Below, piece after piece: positions 1-6,483 of a stretch of DNA of 64,000 bases. Origin of the DNA: a virus; IMG/VR virus record IMGVR_UViG_3300047444_000783, positions 1 to 64,000 of that record. One strand, given 5' to 3'. Below the pieces are notes generated by a model, which saw only the letters and a program-made list of their open reading frames with translations, was not told where the DNA came from and searched no databases. Position 1 is the stretch's first letter. Each line of letters begins with the position of its first letter. A program made the position numbers and the translations under genes.

Positions 1-355
1 GTTGACGTTGCGGCCGGACGTGACAAAAAGTGTCACTTGGATAAGGAAAACGAATACATAGAATGAGTAGCTTAGAAGCAACACTAATGCGACTGCCGTA
101 AATTGTCATCGAGCTAGATGTGAGTGTAGTCAAGTCAGATAAAATAGTTTACGCCGTAGAACCAGGCACTTACAGACACGTGTTGTTTAAGGAATTAAAC
201 GGTATTACAGTGACGGCATGGTTCGTATTCACAAGCCGAACGTCTTTAGCGGCCACGCGGTATCCGCCGCAACCGCACCTTGGCGTCAACCCAATGACGC
301 GAATATATACGTTGTCTACTGTGCCGAATCGGCACACTGGAAGGAATTACCTGAT

Positions 356-457
356 ATGAGCACAGACTTTCGCGGCTTCGTCTTGATCGTGACGATCTGC
401 GTGGGAATACTCCTTGTATACGCTGCAATCGCAGCATGGAGGGACAGACGTGGTTAA
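356..457 (+). CDS. small single-TM membrane protein (33 aa)
   Basis: ATG at 356 after AAGGA; MSTDFRGFVLIVTICVGILLVYAAIAAWRDRRG. Confidence 0.55.
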   Translation: MSTDFRGFVLIVTICVGILLVYAAIAAWRDRRG

Positions 458-605
458 AGGATTGAAATGCTTTTGTTTAACCGTGTTCACGGTATCCGCC
501 GGTTTGTTCTTGGCAACCGTCTGGTTCACTGAATACACATGGTGCTTCTTAACGCTGGCGATTGTGAGTGCGTTGTCAGCCATCCTGATGCTGGAGGTCC
601 GATGA
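450..605 (+). CDS. small membrane protein, 2 predicted TM (51 aa)
   Basis: GTG at 450 after GGAGGG; hydrophobic; overlaps both neighbours. Confidence 0.55.
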   Translation: MVKGLKCFCLTVFTVSAGLFLATVWFTEYTWCFLTLAIVSALSAILMLEVR

Positions 606-829
606 GTAAGACGACATTGTTGACGGTTGGGGCGATTAAGAACGCAGTCGAAGCCGGGAACACGGTGTACGCGGGAACGAAGGCGTATCGAGTCATTAAA
701 GACAGTCTTGGTCAATGGCTGATCAAGTGTGATCTGAACGGGTATTGCATCGGCCTGACGTGGAGGGATGGTCAGACGCTGAATGGTAATCCTGGGGATT
801 TCTTCATAGAAAGAGAGGAGTCGAAATGA
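602..829 (+). CDS. hypothetical phage protein
   Basis: ATGA overlap, GGAGG SD; MSKTTLLTVG... Confidence 0.7.
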   Translation: MSKTTLLTVGAIKNAVEAGNTVYAGTKAYRVIKDSLGQWLIKCDLNGYCIGLTWRDGQTLNGNPGDFFIEREESK

Positions 830-1308
830 GACGCGTAGAAATCAAGAGCATGATCGACACAACGTACACGGATGACGAATTGGCAATCGCGGTAGTTGGG
901 AGTTTGTCCTCCCTGCCGGGGATTGAGCGGGTACAGACGTTCGCGCCGCGTGCGATGGATGTGAAAGAGGTTGGGTATTCGCAGCCGATGACCAAGGGAC
1001 GGCAGATGCTGACGGACGTGGTTAACCGATGCGCCAGTGAAGGAGCGCAGGTGATTGAGAACAAACCGTGTGAGCACGTGGATTATGACGAAGCGCAGGA
1101 TGGTCACGTGAAATGCCGCACGTGCGGGTTGGAGGCAGAGATCCAACCGTGCGTGGTCTGCGGTGAGTACAGCGTGCTTGTGGAAGTTGGGGATAGTGAG
1201 AACGTGATTCGACCGTGCGATACCGAAGGTTGCGCGGGTTCCCAAGAGCAAGTGTGTGACGACTGTCGTTCGAACGGTCCGCAGAGCAAGTGCGGACATT
1301 GGAAGTAA
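826..1308 (+). CDS. hypothetical protein with Cys-rich (zinc-binding) C-terminus
   Basis: AGGAG SD, ATGA overlap; CRTC, CVVC and CDDC pairs. Confidence 0.7.
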   Translation: MRRVEIKSMIDTTYTDDELAIAVVGSLSSLPGIERVQTFAPRAMDVKEVGYSQPMTKGRQMLTDVVNRCASEGAQVIENKPCEHVDYDEAQDGHVKCRTCGLEAEIQPCVVCGEYSVLVEVGDSENVIRPCDTEGCAGSQEQVCDDCRSNGPQSKCGHWK

Positions 1309-1365
1309 CGCAGATGGGCGGGGCGATTGCCCCGTTAATGCGGCCTGACGGTCCACAGCCCGTCA
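1309..1365 (+). ncRNA. twister ribozyme copy 1 (type-P5-like permutation), predicted cut U1336^A1337
   Basis: CGCA-GA-UGG-[P1 GCGGGGC/GCCCCGU]-UAA-UGCG-GC-[P4 UGACGG/CCGUCA, loop U-CCA-CA-GC]; T2 UGG:CCA, T1 GC:GC. Confidence 0.9.
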
Positions 1366-1388
1366 AAATCAAACCGCTGGAGATACCG

Positions 1389-1844
1389 ATGGAAACGAAC
1401 TTGGATAAGGTGACAAAGCCTCTGACGCTCGCTGAGTTTCGCGCGACCGGCAGGATTGCGCTGGTTGATGAGACGGGTGAAGTTCATTCGAATGCCGGCC
1501 ACTTCGACGGCGAAGTCTCTTACGGCCGTGTTTACGAATTAGGTTGCTTCATCTACCTGGACATCGACGCAACCCCAACAATTCCCGCCACATGGAGACT
1601 GGTTATCGAGCGTTCCGAGTACGAGGGGAAACTTTCAGACATGGAAGAGGTTTTGTATCGCACGTGGTACCTGCCGGAATGCTGTGGTTACGATCTGGCA
1701 ACCGAAGTCTTTGAGCGGGTGTGTCAGGCGATGCAACCGGCGGAGGAAATGGGCGGACTGACGAGCACGGGCTACATTGATCTGATGATGAAGGTGGCGC
1801 GGGAGGCTGAACGGCGAGCGGTCACGTGCGCCACGCTCAGGTAA
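1389..1844 (+). CDS. hypothetical phage protein
   Basis: GGAG SD then ATG at 1389 (METNLDKV...); the track's longer start runs through the ribozyme. Confidence 0.75.
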   Translation: METNLDKVTKPLTLAEFRATGRIALVDETGEVHSNAGHFDGEVSYGRVYELGCFIYLDIDATPTIPATWRLVIERSEYEGKLSDMEEVLYRTWYLPECCGYDLATEVFERVCQAMQPAEEMGGLTSTGYIDLMMKVAREAERRAVTCATLR

Positions 1845-1845
1845 A

Positions 1846-1902
1846 CGCAGAGGGGCGGGCAGAGATGCCCGTTAATGCGGTCAGCCGGTCCCAACCCCGG
1901 CT
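1846..1902 (+). ncRNA. twister ribozyme copy 2, predicted cut U1873^A1874
   Basis: CGCA-GA-GGG-[GCGGGCA GAGA UGCCCGU]-UAA-UGCG-GU-[AGCCGG U-CCC-AA-CC CCGGCU]; T2 GGG:CCC; T1 has one U.C mismatch. Confidence 0.88.
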
Positions 1903-1928
1903 AAATCAAACCGTGATGGAGTCCACCG

Positions 1929-2414
1929 ATGTCCACTGTTCAACCCACCGTGCTCACCAAAGAGCATATTCACTTCATTCGGAAAGCAAATAAGTCCATC
2001 GTCTTCCGGTACATCCAAGGCCGTCAGTCGATTGAGATTGAGAACGAGATAGGCGCAGAACTGAAGATCGACGCTGGTTTCTACTATCGGGGATACGGGA
2101 ATACGGAACCCGGGACGCCTGAGCGTGAACCGCACAAAGCGTTCGACATGATCCACACACCATCCTGGGACCAGCCTTGGCAGACGGTTATCGCGCTGTT
2201 AAAGCCGGGGGATACGCTGAATGTCCGCTGGTTGGCGAATACGAACGGGTATGTCGAACGCGCGACGTTCGCAGGCGATAAGGATTGCGAATCGTTCAAT
2301 GCTCTGCATATGGATCAGGTTTTCGTGGAGATCGTGCGTGGTAAGCAAGTCCTGACGTTCGCGGTGGGTTTGTCGGTATGCCCGCAGAACAGTGCGCGGA
2401 TGTTCCAATACTGA
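1929..2414 (+). CDS. hypothetical phage protein
   Basis: GGAG SD, 161-aa ORF between ribozymes 2 and 3. Confidence 0.75.
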   Translation: MSTVQPTVLTKEHIHFIRKANKSIVFRYIQGRQSIEIENEIGAELKIDAGFYYRGYGNTEPGTPEREPHKAFDMIHTPSWDQPWQTVIALLKPGDTLNVRWLANTNGYVERATFAGDKDCESFNALHMDQVFVEIVRGKQVLTFAVGLSVCPQNSARMFQY

Positions 2415-2416
2415 AT

Positions 2417-2475
2417 CGCAGAGCGGTCCCCACTTCAGTGGGGATTAATGCGGGCGCACGGTCGCAACCCCGTGC
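2417..2475 (+). ncRNA. twister ribozyme copy 3, predicted cut U2446^A2447
   Basis: CGCA-GA-GCG-[GUCCCCAC UUCA GUGGGGAU]-UAA-UGCG-GG-[GCACGG U-CGC-AA-CC CCGUGC]; T2 GCG:CGC, T1 GG:CC; possible P5 UGAAU(2412-2416):AUUCA(2478-2482). Confidence 0.93.
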
Positions 2476-2498
2476 AAATTCACTCGCAGGAGAATCGA

Positions 2499-3134
2499 AT
2501 GAGAATCAAAGAGACAAAACTCTACAAGTTCGACGAACTGTCAGATCGGGCCAAAGAGAACGCGCGTGACTGGTGGAGACAGATGGAAGCTGAGAGTCAG
2601 GACAATAGCTTCGCAGAGTTTGTGATCGACGATGCGGAGAAGATTGCTGAGATCCTTGGCATTGAACTTAAAACCAGGCCCGTCAAGTTGATGGGAGGAG
2701 GCACGCGCTACGATCCGTGCATCTGGTGGAGTCTCGTGTACTCTCAGGGCGATGGTGCATCGTTCGAAGGACGGTATCGGTATGCGGCGGGGAGCGTGAA
2801 GAAACTAAAAGAGCACGCACCCCAGGATGAGAAGTTGCACCGGATTGTCGAAGGTCTAGCTGCGATCCAGCGGCGCAACTTCTACCGTGGGGTGATCGAC
2901 ATTGGGCAGCGAGGCAACTACACACACTCCTATTCGATGGACTTCAGCGACGTGTCGGACCGTGAATTGTCAGGCGAGGACTATGGCGGCCTGTGTGAAC
3001 TTCTACGCGATTTCGCGGACTGGATCTACCGGCAATTGCAGGCAGAGTACGAGTACCAGAATGCGGATGCTCAGGTAGATGAGGCAATCCAGGCGAACGA
3101 GTACGAGTTTACAGAAGAAGGGAGACGCTCATGA
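2499..3134 (+). CDS. conserved mobile-element protein (family often labelled 'antitoxin of TA stability system'; function unproven)
   Basis: YKFDELSDRAKENARDW, SQGDGASF, WIYRQLQAEYEY and IQANEYEFTEEG motifs; AGGAG SD, ATG at 2499. Confidence 0.7.
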   Translation: MRIKETKLYKFDELSDRAKENARDWWRQMEAESQDNSFAEFVIDDAEKIAEILGIELKTRPVKLMGGGTRYDPCIWWSLVYSQGDGASFEGRYRYAAGSVKKLKEHAPQDEKLHRIVEGLAAIQRRNFYRGVIDIGQRGNYTHSYSMDFSDVSDRELSGEDYGGLCELLRDFADWIYRQLQAEYEYQNADAQVDEAIQANEYEFTEEGRRS

Positions 3135-3379
3135 GCGAAGACAAAGAACTGACGATCTACGAGGCACTGAAAGCCGCGGGCGTACCGCTGGACTCGCACG
3201 AGTCGGACCTGTACGCGCTGGTCACACCCGAGAGCACACGAATTGTCGAAGCGTATCGCTTTCGCTCGAACGTCACGACGTTCGTCAGCCAGATCGACAA
3301 GAAACGCTGGTACGACATTCCATTTGCCTACCTGCCGTTCTGGGAGAAGAAATCGAAAGGGGGTGAGGTTATTGGGTAG
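3131..3379 (+). CDS. hypothetical phage protein
   Basis: ATGA overlap; HESDLY...W.DIPFAY.PFW. Confidence 0.75.
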   Translation: MSEDKELTIYEALKAAGVPLDSHESDLYALVTPESTRIVEAYRFRSNVTTFVSQIDKKRWYDIPFAYLPFWEKKSKGGEVIG

Positions 3380-3383
3380 ATAA

Positions 3384-3453
3384 CGCAGAGGGACGGCCGT
3401 GTGTGTGGAAGCCACGGCCGGTAATGCGGCGGACTGGTTCCCAAGTGCCAGTC
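3384..3453 (+). ncRNA. twister ribozyme copy 4, predicted cut U3422^A3423
   Basis: CGCA-GA-GGG-A[CGGCCGUG..CACGGCCG]G-UAA-UGCG-GC-[GACUGGU U-CCC-AA-GU GCCAGUC]; T2 GGG:CCC, T1 GC:GU. Confidence 0.88.
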
Positions 3454-3479
3454 AAATCACACCGCTGGAGAAATCGACA

Positions 3480-4010
3480 GTGAAACTCGAAATCAAAGGA
3501 CTCAAGACCTGGAAGACGGACGATGGCGGCGGCTACCAGTACACACTAATGGTCGATGGACGGCGCGCGGCATTCGTACATAACGATGGCAATGGTGGCG
3601 GTTCGCGGTTCGATACGACACCGAGAGTGGGAGACGACAAACTGTTTGAGCAATTCGCGGACTACGTGGCAGCCTTACCGTTATCCGCATGGGACCATCC
3701 GATATTGGGCAATCTGTTCGATCCGAAAGAGAACCGTGGAGCATGGTACGAGGAAGCGACGCCTGAAGAACGTGCGCGACACGACCGTGCGAGTAAGGTG
3801 GAGATTTACGCCGAGCGTCTAGTGGATGAGTTTGAAGAGGCGAAACAGATGAAACGATGGTGCGCGAAAAAGACGGTCGTGCGGCTGAAGACGCACAAAC
3901 CGGAACAGTACCTGATCTACCCGATGCCATACACGGCGGCATTCGCTGAGAAGCTACGGGCGAAGCATGGCGAGCAGTTGGTAGAGATCGTAAACGAACG
4001 ATTCGTCTAA
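3480..4010 (+). CDS. hypothetical phage protein
   Basis: GGAG SD, GTG at 3480; NDGNGG motif. Confidence 0.75.
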   Translation: MKLEIKGLKTWKTDDGGGYQYTLMVDGRRAAFVHNDGNGGGSRFDTTPRVGDDKLFEQFADYVAALPLSAWDHPILGNLFDPKENRGAWYEEATPEERARHDRASKVEIYAERLVDEFEEAKQMKRWCAKKTVVRLKTHKPEQYLIYPMPYTAAFAEKLRAKHGEQLVEIVNERFV

Positions 4011-4011
4011 A

Positions 4012-4071
4012 CGCAGACGGGTGGCGTGCGAACGCCACTAATGCGGTCGCTGCCGGTCCGAAACCCGGAGC
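4012..4071 (+). ncRNA. twister ribozyme copy 5, predicted cut U4039^A4040
   Basis: CGCA-GA-CGG-[GUGGCGU GCGA ACGCCAC]-UAA-UGCG-GU-[GCUgCCGG U-CCG-AA-AC CCGGAGC]; T2 CGG:CCG, T1 GU:AC. Confidence 0.93.
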
Positions 4072-4094
4072 AAATTCAACCGCTGGAGATGGAC

Positions 4095-4316
4095 ATGCTT
4101 CAGAAAGACATTCAGAAGGGCAAGTTGTACACGATCAAGCATCATGACGGGCAAATCTACACGGTGCGTGTGGATGGTATCGGTTCGCGCCGAACATTCG
4201 GTTCGCGTGACGGGGTGAGTAAGACGCTCGTGCGGTATCTCTGCACGAAATTGGCAACCGGCAATTCGATCATCGTGAAGTCGGCCGCGAAGTTTCGCGA
4301 GGAGGTAGCCCAATGA
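4095..4316 (+). CDS. small basic SH3/KOW-like hypothetical protein
   Basis: GGAG SD; MLQKDIQKGKLYTIK... Confidence 0.7.
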   Translation: MLQKDIQKGKLYTIKHHDGQIYTVRVDGIGSRRTFGSRDGVSKTLVRYLCTKLATGNSIIVKSAAKFREEVAQ

Positions 4317-4927
4317 TTTTCGAATTCAAGAACATGGTGCAGAAGTCTGACGGCGAGTGGCGCTACCAGACGGCAGAAACTGGCGAGGTCATACGCGTGG
4401 TCGTGCGGTACATCAAGAGTGCGAGCGCCTCGCGTCGAGGTATCCACGTGTCGGTCGAACCCTGGACGATCGAACCGGCAGGAGATCGCGGCTTTTCGAC
4501 TGAATCCACGACCCTGATGTCGGATGCGAGCACGTTTGTCGAGCACCTGGCGCGCATCAAACCGAGTGCGGTCGCGCAAGTTGCGGCAAAGATCGACGCC
4601 CACGCGCCGGCATTCGCTCAATTCTTCCGCCTGGAGGGCCAAGACAAAACCAAACAGGCGTTGAAAGCGTTTTTCGAGGCAGGAACTCTGCCGGTTGTCA
4701 GTACGCAGAGTGTGAGCGTTGAGCGAACGAAGCTGGCGTTGAAGCGTGACCCGCTAGTGCCGGTCGGTCAGACGTCACCATTGCATGTCGATTGCCCGTG
4801 CGGTCGCGCGATCCTGATTATTACTGAGTTAAACGGGTGTCACGGCTGCGGGTTGGTCGTGGACAGTGCCGGTTGGATAAAGGGCAACGATGCTGTTCGC
4901 ACGCCAGACGGTTGGATGTTCATATGA
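4313..4927 (+). CDS. hypothetical protein with C-terminal zinc ribbon
   Basis: GGAGG SD, ATGA overlap; CPCG...CHGC. Confidence 0.7.
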   Translation: MIFEFKNMVQKSDGEWRYQTAETGEVIRVVVRYIKSASASRRGIHVSVEPWTIEPAGDRGFSTESTTLMSDASTFVEHLARIKPSAVAQVAAKIDAHAPAFAQFFRLEGQDKTKQALKAFFEAGTLPVVSTQSVSVERTKLALKRDPLVPVGQTSPLHVDCPCGRAILIITELNGCHGCGLVVDSAGWIKGNDAVRTPDGWMFI

Positions 4928-5052
4928 GTTATCAATTCTGGCCGTCGCAGCGGGATCAGGAGCCGCCCAACCATGGTAACTGGCGCGCGGGTCTGTTCGT
5001 GATCGGAATGATCTGGGGTCTGATCTATCTGATCCTGAGGTTCTTCAGATGA
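4924..5052 (+). CDS. small single-TM membrane protein (42 aa)
   Basis: ATGA overlap; GLFVIGMIWGLIYLIL. Confidence 0.55.
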   Translation: MSYQFWPSQRDQEPPNHGNWRAGLFVIGMIWGLIYLILRFFR

Positions 5053-5105
5053 CGCCACTAACCAAACCACTGACGCGCAGATCAGCGGCTGTCATTCGCA
5101 ACTAG
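5049..5105 (+). CDS. possible 18-aa mini-ORF MTPLTKPLTRRSAAVIRN
   Basis: ATGA overlap with the upstream stop, GAGG upstream; ends 8 nt before ribozyme 6. Confidence 0.35.
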   Translation: MTPLTKPLTRRSAAVIRN

Positions 5106-5113
5106 AAAATAGA

Positions 5114-5170
5114 CGCAGAGCAGCCCCGCCACGGCGGGGTTAATGCGGCGGTCCGGTTGCAAGCCCGGAC
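5114..5170 (+). ncRNA. twister ribozyme copy 6, predicted cut U5141^A5142
   Basis: CGCA-GA-GCA-[GCCCCGC CACG GCGGGGU]-UAA-UGCG-GC-[GUCCGG U-UGC-AA-GC CCGGAC]; T2 GCA:UGC, T1 GC:GC. Confidence 0.93.
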
Positions 5171-5197
5171 TAATTCAACCGCGCAGGATGGAACGAT

Positions 5198-5395
5198 ATG
5201 AAGTACGTAGTTACCGTAACGCAGACAGCCAAAGAACTGTCAGACGTCGATGACATGCAAGACAACCCGTCAGGGAGTTATGAGATTGAGGCGCGGTCTG
5301 CGGATGCGGCGCTTGACGAATTTCACGCAACGGTCCCGATTGGGTGCCTTGAGGACTTCGAAATCATCGTGGAACAGGAGACGACCAATGGTTAG
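5198..5395 (+). CDS. small acidic hypothetical protein
   Basis: 65-aa ORF directly after ribozyme 6. Confidence 0.7.
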   Translation: MKYVVTVTQTAKELSDVDDMQDNPSGSYEIEARSADAALDEFHATVPIGCLEDFEIIVEQETTNG

Positions 5396-5636
5396 GACAT
5401 TCGACGAAACAAAGGACCAGGTGCTCGATTCGCGCACGGGGATCGAGCGCGAGCGCACGCGCATCCTCGTACAGATCTGCAGCTACAACGGCGGTCAGGC
5501 GAAGTTGCAGTTGAAGCGCGAGAACAAGTCGAGCGACGGCTGGACGTTCGCAAAACTGGGGCGCATGACGGGCGAGGAGTTTAGCGAACTCGTGCCGGTC
5601 GCGCTCGAACTGATCGACGCAAACGGGGTGAAGTGA
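5388..5636 (+). CDS. hypothetical protein, possibly PC4-like ssDNA-binding fold
   Basis: AGGAG SD, ATG at 5388; VQICSYNGGQAKLQLKR...KLGRMT pattern; fold is a guess. Confidence 0.55.
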   Translation: MVRTFDETKDQVLDSRTGIERERTRILVQICSYNGGQAKLQLKRENKSSDGWTFAKLGRMTGEEFSELVPVALELIDANGVK

Positions 5637-5637
5637 A

Positions 5638-5892
5638 ATGAAAGAATTTGCATTTGACGTCCAATTGCAAGCGGTTGTTCGCGTCCAGGCGGAGACCGAA
5701 GCGGAGGCGAGGGAGGCGCTTGAGAACATGCAGGCTGTTGATTGCTCTGTTGTTGAGGCGCGGGAGGGCCTAGCGGCTGACGAGGACTCACTGATCGTGC
5801 TAGACCGTGGAACCATGCGCGTCACAGAGATCAGCTCGATACCGACAACGATCCATATGTTTGAACTGGATGGAATTGAGGTAAGTGGATAA
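5638..5892 (+). CDS. acidic hypothetical phage protein
   Basis: VRVQAETEAEAREAL motif, common in small phage proteins. Confidence 0.7.
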   Translation: MKEFAFDVQLQAVVRVQAETEAEAREALENMQAVDCSVVEAREGLAADEDSLIVLDRGTMRVTEISSIPTTIHMFELDGIEVSG

Positions 5893-6059
5893 TGCCAAAC
5901 ATGGAGTACGTCCGATTCGAGAACACATTGCACGATCTTCGCGATTGCCAGGAGCATATGGACGACGAGTTACAGCCTGCCGAAGCGAAGGCACAGTTGC
6001 GGCTGGTCAAACTCTGCAGGCAGATCGCAGGAGACTACGAACACTTAGAATCTGAGTAA
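5892..6059 (+). CDS. small phage protein (55 aa), not in the ORF track
   Basis: TAATG overlap; MPNMEYVRFENTLHDLRDC...; stop 1 nt before ribozyme 7. Confidence 0.7.
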   Translation: MPNMEYVRFENTLHDLRDCQEHMDDELQPAEAKAQLRLVKLCRQIAGDYEHLESE

Positions 6060-6060
6060 T

Positions 6061-6119
6061 CGCAGACCACTGGCGTCTCCGGACGCCAGCAATGCGGGCG
6101 GCCGGTTGGAACCCCGGCC
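6061..6119 (+). ncRNA. twister ribozyme copy 7, predicted cut C6090^A6091
   Basis: CGCA-GA-CCA-[CUGGCGUC UCCG GACGCCAG]-CAA-UGCG-GG-[GGCCGG U-UGG-AA-CC CCGGCC]; T2 CCA:UGG, T1 GG:CC. Confidence 0.9.
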
Positions 6120-6142
6120 AAATTCACTCGCAGGAGAATCCG

Positions 6143-6307
6143 ATGAAGGTACAGAAGTGCACGGAATGCGATAAACGATCATTGCCTGGATTGAAAGCAG
6201 GTAAAGGTAAGTGCCAATACCATTGGAACGTCGGCGTATGGGGAAAACAATGGGCAGATAGGGTCCTCGCTGAAGTTCGAGACTTTTCGAAGCCGAAGGA
6301 GGCATGA
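6143..6307 (+). CDS. small zinc-finger protein (54 aa)
   Basis: AGGAG SD; CTEC...CQYH. Confidence 0.65.
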   Translation: MKVQKCTECDKRSLPGLKAGKGKCQYHWNVGVWGKQWADRVLAEVRDFSKPKEA

Positions 6308-6483
6308 TGTCATTCTCAAAAACGACACAATACGACGGTATCCACATCACCCTTGCCATTGACGACATGGACCTCGTGTGCTGGACAGGCCGGATGCAGG
6401 TGGAAACGCTGGAGATCAAGCATATCCCCGTCGATGTTCAGACGTACATCCGCAAGATCGAGCGGGAGAGGTTCGACTTATGA
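6304..6483 (+). CDS. hypothetical protein (59 aa), not in the ORF track
   Basis: GGAGG SD, ATGA overlaps at both ends. Confidence 0.6.
   Translation: MMSFSKTTQYDGIHITLAIDDMDLVCWTGRMQVETLEIKHIPVDVQTYIRKIERERFDL

Noticed and set aside
1-355. ORF 120-359 and an early promoter
   Set aside because: No SD or recognisable motif in the ORF, and no convincing -35/-10 pair found, although a promoter is expected in or before this region.
5076-5100. CGCAGA at ~5077 as an eighth ribozyme
   Set aside because: No P1-UAA-UGCG or P4 follows at the proper spacing.
1309-6119. CRISPR array, integron attC sites or terminators as the explanation of the intergenic repeats
   Set aside because: The spacers are whole genes; there are no cas genes, integron integrase or GTTRRRY cores; no U tracts follow the stems; pseudoknot covariation fits twister instead.
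1290-6142. Track start codons at 1290, 2448, 3399, 4026 and 6092
   Set aside because: These extensions run through the ribozymes; SD-backed starts lie downstream at 1389, 2499, 3480, 4095 and 6143.
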